Positions 52,166-62,430 of a DNA stretch of 64,000 bases are shown here, one piece after another (position 1 is the stretch's first letter; each line of letters opens with the position of its first letter). Location: NCBI GenBank assembly GCA_038131935.1, contig JAYPQH010000032.1, positions 32,001 to 96,000 of the forward strand, in the 5' to 3' direction. Position numbers and translations under genes: made by a program. The notes beneath the pieces are model-generated. The model searched no databases and was not told where the DNA came from. It was given only the letters and a program-made list of their open reading frames with translations. Origin of the DNA: Alphaproteobacteria bacterium (GTDB lineage: Bacteria > Pseudomonadota > Alphaproteobacteria > UBA8317).

Positions 52166-53218
52166 TTATAGCAGAAAAACACCCTTGCCATCTGATTGAC
52201 GATCAAACAGTTCATAAGCTTGTGAAGCATCGGAAAGAGACCAACGATGGGTAAATAGACTGTCACCATCAATTTGTCTTTCAGCAATAAAATCAGCGCA
52301 TGCAGCTTGCCCATTACGAGAGAAGGTCCACGACCCAATCAGCGTAACCTGCCTGCGTAATAGGTCTTTACTAACATCTAGCGTAACCTCTCCCCCTTCC
52401 CCAACAAAACATACTTTACCCCAAGTACGAACAGACTGAACTGCCTGTTGTCTTGCGAGTGGAGACGAGGACGCATCCAAGGTGGCATGTGCTCCTAAAC
52501 CTGATGTAACATCACGAATTGCAGAAACAACATCATCAACTTCCTTAGGGTTGATACAGATTTCAGCTCCCAGGCTTTTTGCCTTATGCAATCTCTCATT
52601 ATTTATATCTAAAGCAATAACCCGGCTTCCCATTGCAGCAGCAAGCTGGGTCGCAGCCAATCCAACAGGTCCTTGACCAAATATAGCGATGGTTTGATCA
52701 CCCTGAAGGGCCAAACGATGCAGAGCACCCCAAGCTGTTCCTGTCCCACATGAAATAGCAGCGCCTGTTTCAAAGGATAACTCTTCGCGAAGATGGACCA
52801 ATGTATTGGCAGGTGCTTTCATATATGGCGCATGTGCACCATGTCCCGTAACACCATAGACTTCTGCCACCCCATCGACACACAGCTGCATCCATCCAGT
52901 TGAACAATGGGGACAGTGCCCACAACCACGATAGTGATGTACCATGACGCGGTCACCAATCTTAACAAAATTGGGATCAACACCTGGACCAATCGCAACG
53001 ACTTCCCCACATGGTTCATGCCCGGCGATTACCTGAATATCCGCCCCGAGTCCCAGAGCCTTAATAGCCTCACCAGCAGGTGGACGATAAAACTTCAGGT
53101 CACTTCCACACATGCCTGAAGCTTTAATTGCCAAAACAACTTCTCCATGCCCAGGTGTAGGATCTGGAAATTCGATAAGCTCAACTGTTTTGTTTCCTGT
53201 GAAAACGACACCTCGCAT
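52166..53218 (-). CDS. Zinc-binding (MDR) alcohol dehydrogenase
   Basis: CGSD, GHEPCG, CGHCPHC...C, GQGPVG. Confidence 0.92.
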   Translation of the reverse strand: MRGVVFTGNKTVELIEFPDPTPGHGEVVLAIKASGMCGSDLKFYRPPAGEAIKALGLGADIQVIAGHEPCGEVVAIGPGVDPNFVKIGDRVMVHHYRGCGHCPHCSTGWMQLCVDGVAEVYGVTGHGAHAPYMKAPANTLVHLREELSFETGAAISCGTGTAWGALHRLALQGDQTIAIFGQGPVGLAATQLAAAMGSRVIALDINNERLHKAKSLGAEICINPKEVDDVVSAIRDVTSGLGAHATLDASSSPLARQQAVQSVRTWGKVCFVGEGGEVTLDVSKDLLRRQVTLIGSWTFSRNGQAACADFIAERQIDGDSLFTHRWSLSDASQAYELFDRQSDGKGVFLL

Positions 53219-53220
53219 GA

Positions 53221-54390
53221 TTACCCCCCAATTGTATGTGATGCTGTTGTGAAATGTTTTAAACAATCTCTATTGATTACGAGTCCAAGTCCAGGACGAA
53301 TTGGAATATCTAGCCATCCATTCTCATTACGTTCTAAGGCGTGGTCAACCAAATCTTGCCGGAATGGGTGATCAGATTGGTCAAATTCGAATATAGGCTC
53401 AAGTGGAAACAATTGATAATGAGCATGGGGTACAGATGCAATCGCTTGCAGGGATGCAGCTTGCGCAACCGCTGAGCCCCATACATGCGGATTAACACAA
53501 ACACCATGTGCCTGAGCGAGCGTTATGATATGGCGCAAAGCTGTTAATCCACCACACGACCCAAGATCAGGTTGCGCTATGTCAACCGCATTATGCATAA
53601 ACAGCTGTTGAAACCCGTATAAACCATGTTCGTTTTCACCACCGGCGATTGCAACATTCAATTCACTCCGCAACCGTGCATACCCCTTATAATCTTCTGG
53701 TGCTAATGGTTCTTCGTACCACCGAAGATTACATTCGCTTAGATACTCACCCAATTTACGAGCTTCTCTGTAACCATAGCCATGATTGGTATCCACCATC
53801 ATGGTTACATCTTTGCCATCAAGTGCCTGCCTGATGGCATCCATCACAGCTATATCATCATCCAGACCAAATCCAAGTTTTACCTTCATGAAGCGATAGC
53901 CATTGCTGTGATGGCGTATTGCTTCATCTGCAAGTCGCGTGGCTTCACCTTGACCATGTATTCGATAAAACCCAGTTGCATAAGGCTCTACTGAGGACCT
54001 GAAACTACCTCCCATCAGCTGACAGCAAGGCACATGAAAATATGTGCCCATGATATCCCACAATGCCATATCTATAGCACTTATGGCGGCCATTACACTT
54101 CCTTTACGACCATAATCACGCGTCCTGTGATACATTTCATGCCAAAGAACTTCGCAATCCAGCGGATTTTTTCCTACAATGAGAGGGGCCAAGGCGTGTG
54201 TGATCACGGCAGCAGATATTTCAGGAGGTTCCAAACCTTGAGAAAAAGCTTCTCCCCATCCCGTGATGCCCTCTGATGTTTCAATTTCCACCAATGTGGC
54301 ACATCTCTGTTTTACCCAACCTTGAGAAAATGCAAAGGGTGTTTCTAAGGGCGAACGTAAAACATAAACATGAATTTTGGTTATGATCAT
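53221..54390 (-). CDS. Mandelate racemase/MLE family enzyme, D-galactarolactone cycloisomerase (Gci)-like
   Basis: GWGE, PYATG, KVK, DTNHGY, WYEEP, GGEN, QPDL, PHVWG, EPIFEFD...PFRQ. Confidence 0.82.
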   Translation of the reverse strand: MIITKIHVYVLRSPLETPFAFSQGWVKQRCATLVEIETSEGITGWGEAFSQGLEPPEISAAVITHALAPLIVGKNPLDCEVLWHEMYHRTRDYGRKGSVMAAISAIDMALWDIMGTYFHVPCCQLMGGSFRSSVEPYATGFYRIHGQGEATRLADEAIRHHSNGYRFMKVKLGFGLDDDIAVMDAIRQALDGKDVTMMVDTNHGYGYREARKLGEYLSECNLRWYEEPLAPEDYKGYARLRSELNVAIAGGENEHGLYGFQQLFMHNAVDIAQPDLGSCGGLTALRHIITLAQAHGVCVNPHVWGSAVAQAASLQAIASVPHAHYQLFPLEPIFEFDQSDHPFRQDLVDHALERNENGWLDIPIRPGLGLVINRDCLKHFTTASHTIGG

Positions 54391-55301
54391 GACTCTTCAC
54401 CGTGGCCTTTGCTGCCAACAATGCCTTTTGACCACAAAACAGGCTGCTCTGTGCCGTCATAATTCCCATAACCGGCTGCAATAGATTGACTAAAGCCTTC
54501 GATAGCTCCACTGGTTGTGGGCATCTCCATTCCAAGGCGATTCCCTTCGTGAAGCATCGATCGAAAATCTTTAACAATTGAATGAATATCAAATGCTGGT
54601 GGAATTTGCTCACCACCAGACAATCGTTTCGCTATATTGGGGCCTCTGGTCTTCAATACATTTGGCGCACCAGATGTATCCATCATAAGATTAATGAGTT
54701 GTTCAGGCTCAAGCTGCAATTCTTTTACAAGGCCTAAGGCCTCCCCAAAACTTTGCCAAAAGACCATCAATGGTAAATTGACACAAAGCTTCATGGCCGC
54801 ACCTGACCCAATAGGACCTACATGTTCATAACGCCTGCAAAGAGACGATAAAATTGGTTCAATTTTTTTTATATCTTCCGTGGTTCCACCCAAAAGACCC
54901 AACAATTTTCCTGTTCTTGCTGGGGTGACTGTTCCTCCAACGGGACATTCAATCATAATTCCTTTCTGTTCCCGGATAGCTGTACCCAAAGTACGTGTTT
55001 CCTCCGGAAGAACCGTGCTCATCTCCATAATGATCTTTCCATCAAGATCAGCGGATAAAACCCCACGAGATCCCCAGTAAATATCACGAATTGCATCATG
55101 ATTGGTCACAATGCTGATCACAACATCAACAGCCTTAACAAGGCTCTCAGGATCTTGAACAACACGCGCACCAGCTTGCTCAAGCGCTAAAGTTTTTGAT
55201 GCCGTTCGATTCCAAACCGACAGGTCGAAACCTTCATCTAAAAGTCGCAGTCCAATGGCATTTCCCATCCGACCAGTCCCCAATATACCAATGCTCAACA
55301 T
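54387..55301 (-). CDS. 3-hydroxyisobutyrate / tartronate-semialdehyde reductase family oxidoreductase
   Basis: GTGRMG, WNRT, MST, CPVGG, catalytic K in MKLCVN, KDF. Confidence 0.88.
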   Translation of the reverse strand: MLSIGILGTGRMGNAIGLRLLDEGFDLSVWNRTASKTLALEQAGARVVQDPESLVKAVDVVISIVTNHDAIRDIYWGSRGVLSADLDGKIIMEMSTVLPEETRTLGTAIREQKGIMIECPVGGTVTPARTGKLLGLLGGTTEDIKKIEPILSSLCRRYEHVGPIGSGAAMKLCVNLPLMVFWQSFGEALGLVKELQLEPEQLINLMMDTSGAPNVLKTRGPNIAKRLSGGEQIPPAFDIHSIVKDFRSMLHEGNRLGMEMPTTSGAIEGFSQSIAAGYGNYDGTEQPVLWSKGIVGSKGHGEES

Positions 55302-55365
55302 TTGCCACCTCTCCCTTGTTCATAAAAGTGTGGCGCAGCTGATTATGGATTGGCAATATGTATTA

Positions 55366-55995
55366 TCAGGGTTTCTTCTTTTGGTGCTCTACCATTTTTG
55401 ATGCCAATTTTGTAAGGCCACGTTGTTGAAACTGCTTTACCGCACCCATAACATCTGCATGGGCACGATTTTGGCTCAGTTTAGATTTTGCGATGATATC
55501 ACTGATCACTATACGCATACCAACAACAGCATTAATCATATTATCCATGTAATCTTTAGGGGCGTCAGCCATTCTCCAAGGGTCATGATCTGTTAGCATA
55601 CGTTCAAATTTTTGTGTCATACGCCCCACGATAGCACGTTTTTCTCGTTCCGAATGAATAAATTGCACATGACCTGACACATGAACCGCTTGATAATTCC
55701 AGGTCGGGACAGCACGGTGTGTATCCATCTTAGATGGATACCAATTAGGTGATACATATCCATCTGCACCTCTAAATATGATTTTGACCAGATCGTTATC
55801 ATGCAATTTTTTGTGTAAATCATTTGCTTTGGCAATATGTGCAACCAATGCACTCTTTCCATCCATAATCATGGGAATATGATGGACGATTATATCATCA
55901 TTCTTGCATGCAACAAACATAGCTAAAGGAAATTCATCTATGAGCTGTGTTATCTTTAAAAAATCTGTCTCGGAAAAAGCATCAGGTACATACAT
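55366..55995 (-). CDS. PaiB family FMN/heme-binding protein
   Basis: MYVP..F, HIAKAN, YVSPNWY, VPTWNY.AVH, KLSQNR. Confidence 0.9.
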   Translation of the reverse strand: MYVPDAFSETDFLKITQLIDEFPLAMFVACKNDDIIVHHIPMIMDGKSALVAHIAKANDLHKKLHDNDLVKIIFRGADGYVSPNWYPSKMDTHRAVPTWNYQAVHVSGHVQFIHSEREKRAIVGRMTQKFERMLTDHDPWRMADAPKDYMDNMINAVVGMRIVISDIIAKSKLSQNRAHADVMGAVKQFQQRGLTKLASKMVEHQKKKP

Positions 55996-56242
55996 CAAAA
56001 ATCCCCCATCATGCCTATATTAACTATTAGCAAATTGTTTATGAAAGCCCCTATCAAAGGGTTTCTTGTCGCAAGTTTAGGCGCAAGAGGACCTGATAAA
56101 TACCCACCAAAGCATTAGGTTGGAATCTACAAACGCAGCAAGCATGCTTTTTAAAAATAAAAATTGTAAAAAGACAACATAAAAAATGGCTCGCAATTTC
56201 TTGCAAACCATTGTTTTTGTAATATTTTCTGCAAATACAGAA

Positions 56243-56731
56243 TTAACGCTTTGAGAACTGGAAGCTTCTTCTGGCCTTAGCCCGACCATACTTCTTCCGT
56301 TCCACTGTACGAGCGTCACGGGTCAAGAACCCTTCTTTCTTTAAAACTGGACGAAGATCAGGCTCAAACAAAGTAAGAGCTTTGGAAATACCATGACGTA
56401 CAGCTCCTGCCTGACCAGACAGACCGCCACCAGTGACCGTACACATGACATCAAACTGACCAAGTCTATCGGTCAATTTAAAGGGTTGATTAATGATCAT
56501 ACGCAACACAGGCCGTGCAAAGTATGTGTCTTGATCACGACCATTAACTGTTATCCGGCCTGAACCAGCTTTGATCCAAACTCTTGCAATCGCATCTTTT
56601 CTTTTACCTGTGGCATAAGAACGGCCCAACTCATCTACCACACGCTCACGCACGATAGGCAAAGATTCCTCAGGAGCTTCTACCCCATCTAAGTTAGCCA
56701 AATCTTCAAAACTCTTTGTTTCGCTGGACAT
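56243..56731 (-). CDS. rpsI: 30S ribosomal protein S9
   Basis: [36 protein letters not shown]; TGATG overlap with rplM. Confidence 0.98.
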   Translation of the reverse strand: MSSETKSFEDLANLDGVEAPEESLPIVRERVVDELGRSYATGKRKDAIARVWIKAGSGRITVNGRDQDTYFARPVLRMIINQPFKLTDRLGQFDVMCTVTGGGLSGQAGAVRHGISKALTLFEPDLRPVLKKEGFLTRDARTVERKKYGRAKARRSFQFSKR

Positions 56732-57196
56732 CAACCAATCCTCGTATTTTTCTTGTTCAAAGAAGCAACATCAAGCAATTCAGGCTTCTGCGCTTCATGT
56801 GGGTGCTCCTGACCTGCATAGACCTTGAGGTTTGACAATTGACGACGGGTCAATGGTCCCCCCTGGCATCATACGCTGTACAGCCTTCATCAAAACACGC
56901 TCAGGAAATTTACCATCTAGCAATTTATCAGCTGTACGTGACTTGATTCCACCTGGAAATCCAGTGTGCCAATAATATGTCTTTTGGTCACGCTTGTTAC
57001 CTGTAAACCTTACTTTGTCAGCATTCACCACAATGACATTATCGCCGCAATCCATATGAGGCGTGTAGCTTGGCTTATGCTTACCGCGAAGTCGAATGGC
57101 AATGAGCGCAGCGAGTCGGCCGACGACCAACCCCTCCGCGTCGATCATAATCCATTTTTTTTCGATCTCCGACGGTTTTGCGGAGTAGGTCTTCAT
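56731..57196 (-). CDS. rplM: 50S ribosomal protein L13 (extra G in a G6 run near 56860)
   Basis: [24 protein letters not shown]; removing one G restores [25 protein letters not shown]...TGA at 56731. Confidence 0.96.
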
Positions 57197-57342
57197 TCTT
57201 TAAATCCCCCAGAACAAGATATGTAATCACTAATTTGGAGCGCAATAGACAGTTTCGCCTCACACGTCAAGTGTTCTTAAAGTGCAAAATTATCATTTTT
57301 TTGTTTAAAAACAATAAGTAAAAATTACGGTATTATTTTACC

Positions 57343-58362
57343 TCATCTTGCTGTGCGAAAAAACAAAGGATGACTGCGTGCCACGGTATCAACGGTCACC
57401 AAAAATAACGCGATGCCTACCAATTGATGCAAAGCGGCAAGCCAAATATGCTGGTATGCAGCAACAGTTATCAACGTAATAATACCAAGAACAATTTGAA
57501 GACAAAGAATTGTTAGAAAAACCTTCGCCTGCAATGGAAGAACTTTTTTCATATTCCAAAACAACCAAAAACCGAACAACAAGACGATATATGCCAACCA
57601 ACGATGATTGAATTGGACCGTCATGAGGTCCTCAAAATGAGAGCGCAAATAGCTTGGATCCTGATAGACTCCCTCAGGTATGATGGAACCATCCATTAGG
57701 GGCCAAGTATTATAGGTCATCCCAGCATCGGTACCCGCGACAAAAGCCCCTGATATAATCTGTAGATAAAGGAGAACGAGGAATAGTAATGACTTAGCTT
57801 TAACACCTCGGACTGGATTTTTTACAATTCTTGAACGTGCTGCATGATAAACAAGGCCCAAGAGGATGACCGCCATACCCAGATGCAGCGCCAGACGATA
57901 AGCGCTCACATCTAAGCGCGTTTCCACCACACCACTTTCAACCATGAACCAGCCCAAAAAGCCTTGAAACCCACCTAAGAAAAGAAGGCACACAAGATAT
58001 AAGAGCCACCTTCCTCTGATGTAACCCAGTGCCGCAAACACAACCAGAGGAATAAAAAAGGCTATACCTATCACACGTCCTAATTGACGATGCCCCCACT
58101 CCCACCAATAAATGAATTTAAACTCTTCAAGACTCATTCCAGCATTTTGGTATTGATACTCAGCTATCTGTTTGTACTGCTCAAATGCTATCATCCAATC
58201 TTCAAGATTTAACGGCGGTATCGCTCCAGCAATCGGTGCCCACTCCGTGATCGACAAACCCGAGTCTGTAAGCCTTGTCAAACCGCCCACAACGACCATC
58301 ATAACAATGAGAAATGACATCATGAATAGCCAGTAGGTGACAAATTGATTTTTATGCATCAT
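57343..58362 (-). CDS. ctaA: Heme A synthase (COX15/CtaA type 2)
   Basis: GGLTRLTDSGLSITEW, EWGHRQLGR, GWFMV.SG, YRLALHL, YNTWPLM, QFNHR, LHQ. Confidence 0.96.
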   Translation of the reverse strand: MMHKNQFVTYWLFMMSFLIVMMVVVGGLTRLTDSGLSITEWAPIAGAIPPLNLEDWMIAFEQYKQIAEYQYQNAGMSLEEFKFIYWWEWGHRQLGRVIGIAFFIPLVVFAALGYIRGRWLLYLVCLLFLGGFQGFLGWFMVESGVVETRLDVSAYRLALHLGMAVILLGLVYHAARSRIVKNPVRGVKAKSLLFLVLLYLQIISGAFVAGTDAGMTYNTWPLMDGSIIPEGVYQDPSYLRSHFEDLMTVQFNHRWLAYIVLLFGFWLFWNMKKVLPLQAKVFLTILCLQIVLGIITLITVAAYQHIWLAALHQLVGIALFLVTVDTVARSHPLFFRTAR

Positions 58363-58442
58363 CACGTCTCTTTCGATATGAATGGTCATTCTTTCAAGTG
58401 CGCCTACATATATTCAAACATGCAATAAAACGAGGTGACGTT

Positions 58443-58634
58443 TTGACCAAAAACTACAGAAAATTGGTTTTCGCATTTCTGATCGTATTTTATTTAATCC
58501 TCTATGCACTTCTATTCATGAATATTTACGCATGGATAGGACGCCTTCCCCTTCTCCTGGAATTGGCTTTTTTTACAATAGCAGGCATTGCTTGGGTTTT
58601 CCCACTTAAGCCCGTTCTGCGCTGGGTATCCTGA
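58443..58634 (+). CDS. DUF2842 family small membrane protein
   Basis: RKL...TM...FF.IAGIAWVFPLKPVLRW; divergent from ctaA; TTG start after GAGGTG. Confidence 0.75.
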   Translation: MTKNYRKLVFAFLIVFYLILYALLFMNIYAWIGRLPLLLELAFFTIAGIAWVFPLKPVLRWVS

Positions 58635-58659
58635 GGTGAGCCCGTTAAGTCAAATGAGT

Positions 58660-60285
58660 TTAACCAGAGGTCTTAACACGATCACGCAACAAAAATTTTT
58701 GTATCTTGCCTGTTGATGTTTTGGGTATTTCTGTGAATTCAAAGTGTTTGGGACATTTGTAGCGGGCCAAATTTTCCTGACAAAACGCTAACAGTTCTGC
58801 TCCATCAGAGGTTTTTCCAGGACGAAGCTCGATGAACGCATAAGGTGTTTCACCCCATTTTTCATCTGGCTTGGCAACAACAGCCACTGCGGCAACCGCT
58901 GGATGTTTGTACAAAACGTCTTCAACTTCAATAGATGAAATATTTTCACCACCTGAAATAATGATATCTTTTGATCGATCTCTCAATTGAACATAACCAT
59001 CAGGATACCAAACACCCAAGTCACCGGTATGGAACCATCCACCACGGAAAGCCTCATCAGTTGCTTGAGGATTTTTCAAATATCCTTTCATGGTCACATT
59101 CCCACGGATCATAACCTCCCCCATACTTTCACCGTCCTGGGGCAGCATTTTCATATGTTCAGGGTCCATGACGCAGATGTCTTCTTGTACAGAATAGTTT
59201 AGCCCTTGCCTTGCCATAAGTGTGGCTTGCTCTTCTAATGACAGTTCATTCCAAGATTCTTGCCATTCACAAACAACAGCTGGACCATATATTTCCGTCA
59301 AGCCATATACATGAGTGATTGCAAAACCAGCTTTTTTCATATCTCCTAAAACGGCTGCTGGTGGTGGTGCTGCAGCTGTCATCATGGCCACCTCATGCTC
59401 GTGATGCACCCTACCCTCTGCAACTTCAGCCAGCATCATTTGCATAATTATAGGCGCTCCGCACATATGCGTTACATGCTCACGAGCAATAGCATCCATG
59501 ATGTCGGCACCTGAGATATCTCGCAAGCAGACATGAACACCTGCACGCTCAGTCACTGTCCAAGGAAAGCACCAACCATTGCAATGAAACATGGGCAACG
59601 TCCAAAGGTAACGCGCATGCTTTGGCATATCCCATGTCAGGATATTTCCAAGGGCATTCATATATGCACCTCGATAATGATACACGACCCCCTTGGGATT
59701 TCCTGTTGTGCCAGAGGTGTAGTTCAAAGCTATAGCATCCCATTCATCATCAATGGTGGGATATTCGACGTGGTCTGGAGCCGCTTCAAGAAACTCCTCA
59801 TATGTCTGGTAATCACCTGTGGCTTCTTGACCAGCAATCTCATCAACAATTTGTATGAGTTTTACAGGATGGCTCACATGATCCAATGCAGCCTTAACCA
59901 CATCCGTCAAAGCACTGTCGAATAAAAGCACCTGTGCCTCACCATGTTCCAAAATGAAGCCCACAGTTTTCGCATCAAGTCTGGTGTTGATCGTGTTTAA
60001 GACGCCACCCGCCATGGGCACACCAAAATGAGCTTCAAACATCTGCGGAATATTTGGGGCGAATACGGATACTGTTTGGTTTTTTGTCACCCCAGCATCA
60101 ATCAATGCCCTTGCCAGCCTCTCACATCTATTTAAGGCGAATGCATAATCATATCGTTGACTTTTATAGGCCACGGCTTGCCGATTTGGAAACGCACGAG
60201 CGGTTCTGTACAAAAAGCTTACTGGATTTAAGGGTTGGTAATTGGCGCTATTTTTACCAAGGCCCACAAGATATGCATCAGACAT
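58660..60285 (-). CDS. Acyl-CoA synthetase (AMP-binding)
   Basis: YTSGTTGNPKG, LPMFHCNGW, YGLTE, HTGDL, DRSKDIIISGGEN, PKTSTGK. Confidence 0.95.
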   Translation of the reverse strand: MSDAYLVGLGKNSANYQPLNPVSFLYRTARAFPNRQAVAYKSQRYDYAFALNRCERLARALIDAGVTKNQTVSVFAPNIPQMFEAHFGVPMAGGVLNTINTRLDAKTVGFILEHGEAQVLLFDSALTDVVKAALDHVSHPVKLIQIVDEIAGQEATGDYQTYEEFLEAAPDHVEYPTIDDEWDAIALNYTSGTTGNPKGVVYHYRGAYMNALGNILTWDMPKHARYLWTLPMFHCNGWCFPWTVTERAGVHVCLRDISGADIMDAIAREHVTHMCGAPIIMQMMLAEVAEGRVHHEHEVAMMTAAAPPPAAVLGDMKKAGFAITHVYGLTEIYGPAVVCEWQESWNELSLEEQATLMARQGLNYSVQEDICVMDPEHMKMLPQDGESMGEVMIRGNVTMKGYLKNPQATDEAFRGGWFHTGDLGVWYPDGYVQLRDRSKDIIISGGENISSIEVEDVLYKHPAVAAVAVVAKPDEKWGETPYAFIELRPGKTSDGAELLAFCQENLARYKCPKHFEFTEIPKTSTGKIQKFLLRDRVKTSG

Positions 60286-60425
60286 TGGCCTCTCCTTTTT
60301 GTGGTGATGATCATGAGCATTACTTAGATGCCTTTTTAGGCAGCATTCAAGCCCTACAAATGTCTGTGGACAATGTCACTCAAATAGAAAATATTGATTC
60401 ATGGTTCATGGCCTTGGAGGATAAA

Positions 60426-61214
60426 ATGGCAATTGTTTACAACCACACCAAACAAACACTCGCGGAAGGAAAACTGGCCCTAGGGGTTGGATTGAGACAA
60501 GCTCGTACGGTGGATATTGGCAAAATCCTCAAGACAGCAGGCTTTGACTGGCTGTTCATAGACATGGAACATAATGCGATGACGATTGATACCGCAACGC
60601 AAATCGCCGTAGCTGGCCAAGACGCAGGCATCACACCATTGGTTCGCGTTCCTGGTTTTGAACATCATCACGCGAGCCGCGCCTTAGATTGTGGTGCACA
60701 GGGTATTGTAGCCCCTCACGTAGATGATGCAGAGACAGCAGCACGCATCGTTTCGGCCTGCCGCTACCCCCCTCATGGGAAAAGATCTATGACTGGTGGC
60801 CTACCCCAGTTGGACTTTGTCCCAACCCCGTTAAATGAGACGGTACAGGTCATAAATGATTCTACATTGGTTGTGGTCATGGTTGAAAGCCCTGAGGCCG
60901 TTGCAAACGCCGATGCGCTTGCCGCCACAGAGGGCGTAGATATTGTATTGATTGGGACGAACGACTTATGCATGGAAATGGGCATTCCAGGACAATTTGA
61001 TCATGATAAAGTAGCAGATGCCTATGCTCGCGTGGGAGAGGCGTGCAAAAAGCACAAAAAAACCCTCGGTATGGGTGGGGTCTATAATCCAGTTCTCATG
61101 GAAAAATATATTGGATTGGGTGCTAGGTTTATTCTGTCAGGAAGCGATCTTAGCTTTCTTATGTCAGGCGCAAGTGCGAGGGCTCAAGAACTCCGAGCCC
61201 TCAGTATTTCGTAA
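60426..61214 (+). CDS. HpcH/HpaI aldolase (second paralogue)
   Basis: FIDMEH, LVRVP, LDCGAQG, VES, GTNDL; GGAGG RBS before 60426. Confidence 0.9.
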   Translation: MAIVYNHTKQTLAEGKLALGVGLRQARTVDIGKILKTAGFDWLFIDMEHNAMTIDTATQIAVAGQDAGITPLVRVPGFEHHHASRALDCGAQGIVAPHVDDAETAARIVSACRYPPHGKRSMTGGLPQLDFVPTPLNETVQVINDSTLVVVMVESPEAVANADALAATEGVDIVLIGTNDLCMEMGIPGQFDHDKVADAYARVGEACKKHKKTLGMGGVYNPVLMEKYIGLGARFILSGSDLSFLMSGASARAQELRALSIS

Positions 61215-61221
61215 TCGCACG

Positions 61222-62298
61222 TTAGCTTAAACGATCAGCGACCGCTTGCCCACAAGCCACAGTGGTCGCTGAACCTCCGAGATCTCCAGTACGCAGAGCT
61301 TCCTCAGCCAAGGTATCAGAAATTGCTGTAACCATAGCATCAGCAGCATCCTTATGGCCTAAATGCTCCAACATCATCGCTCCAGCCCAAATTTGCCCAA
61401 TGGGATTTGCAATGCCCTGACCCGCTATATCGGGTGCTGAGCCATGTACGGGTTCGAACAATGATGGGAAGTCACCCTCGGGGTTGATATTACCAGAAGG
61501 TGCGATACCAATTGTACCAGTACATGCAGGGCCAAGATCCGAGAGAATATCACCAAACAAGTTGGATCCCACAACAACATCAAAAATTTGAGGTCTTAAA
61601 ACGAAGTGGGCACAGAGAATATCGATATGATATTTGTCTACCTGCACATCGGGATATTGAGCTTGCATGGCAGCAACGCGCTCATCCCAGTATGGCATAG
61701 ATATGGATATCCCATTTGACTTTGTAGCCGATGTCAGATGCTTACGCTCCCGTCTCTGCGCCAAATCGAAAGCATATTTAAGAATGCGATCAACACCAGT
61801 ACGGGTCATAACAGTTTCCTGTACGACAAATTCCCTATCCGTTCCCTCGAACATTCTGCCGCCAATGGAACTATACTCACCCTCTGTATTTTCTCTAACA
61901 ATCCAGAAGTCTATGTCACCTGGATTGCGGCCAGCGAGAGGGGAAGGAACACCAGGCATCAATCGAACAGGTCGAAGGTTAACATATTGCTCGAATTCGC
62001 GACGGAACATCAACAAAGAGCCCCACAAAGATATGTGGTCAGGGATCTCCGCAGGCCAACCTACAGCGCCAAAATAGATGGCGTCATGGGCTGTGAGCGT
62101 TGGCTTCCAGTCGTCAGGCAGCATTTGACCATGTTTTTTGTAATAATCAACGCTAGAAAAATCATATTCGGTGAATTCCAAATTGATGCCAAAGCGCTTC
62201 CCAACTGCTTCTAATGCGCGCAAACCCTCTGGCATTACTTCTTTACCAATACCATCACCTGCAATGACAGCGATCGAATATTTATTTTTACGTTCCAT
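61222..62298 (-). CDS. ttuC: Tartrate dehydrogenase/decarboxylase (TtuC/DmlA)
   Basis: GDGIGKEV, PDHISLWG, VRENTEGEYS, SATKSNG, SNLFGDILSD, EPVHGSAPDI. Confidence 0.92.
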   Translation of the reverse strand: MERKNKYSIAVIAGDGIGKEVMPEGLRALEAVGKRFGINLEFTEYDFSSVDYYKKHGQMLPDDWKPTLTAHDAIYFGAVGWPAEIPDHISLWGSLLMFRREFEQYVNLRPVRLMPGVPSPLAGRNPGDIDFWIVRENTEGEYSSIGGRMFEGTDREFVVQETVMTRTGVDRILKYAFDLAQRRERKHLTSATKSNGISISMPYWDERVAAMQAQYPDVQVDKYHIDILCAHFVLRPQIFDVVVGSNLFGDILSDLGPACTGTIGIAPSGNINPEGDFPSLFEPVHGSAPDIAGQGIANPIGQIWAGAMMLEHLGHKDAADAMVTAISDTLAEEALRTGDLGGSATTVACGQAVADRLS

Positions 62299-62430
62299 GT
62301 TTTCAAACACTCCCTTTATGACATACGGGCGTTACGTTAGAAAGACTCGCACTATCTGTCGAGTCTTGTCAGACAGAATTGGTTCATTAAGCTGTAAAAA
62401 GTCGCAACCTAAACTCAAAAGGAGGCCACG

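Noticed and set aside
15090-56095. Short shared words (TTATGAAA, AGAGGACCT) near both ends of the catabolic block as boundary repeats
   Set aside because: Too short and differently spaced; compatible with chance
56795-56870. Programmed frameshift in rplM
   Set aside because: One extra G in a homopolymer, matching the window-wide error pattern
60054-60425. N-terminal extension of the HpcH aldolase in the ORF track
   Set aside because: Overlaps the acyl-CoA synthetase on the opposite strand; a good RBS precedes ATG 60426
7225-62214. Long antisense ORFs (e.g. 8736-9413, 25853-26590, 50141-50650, 61738-62214)
   Set aside because: Fully overlap well-supported genes and lack motifs; shadow ORFs
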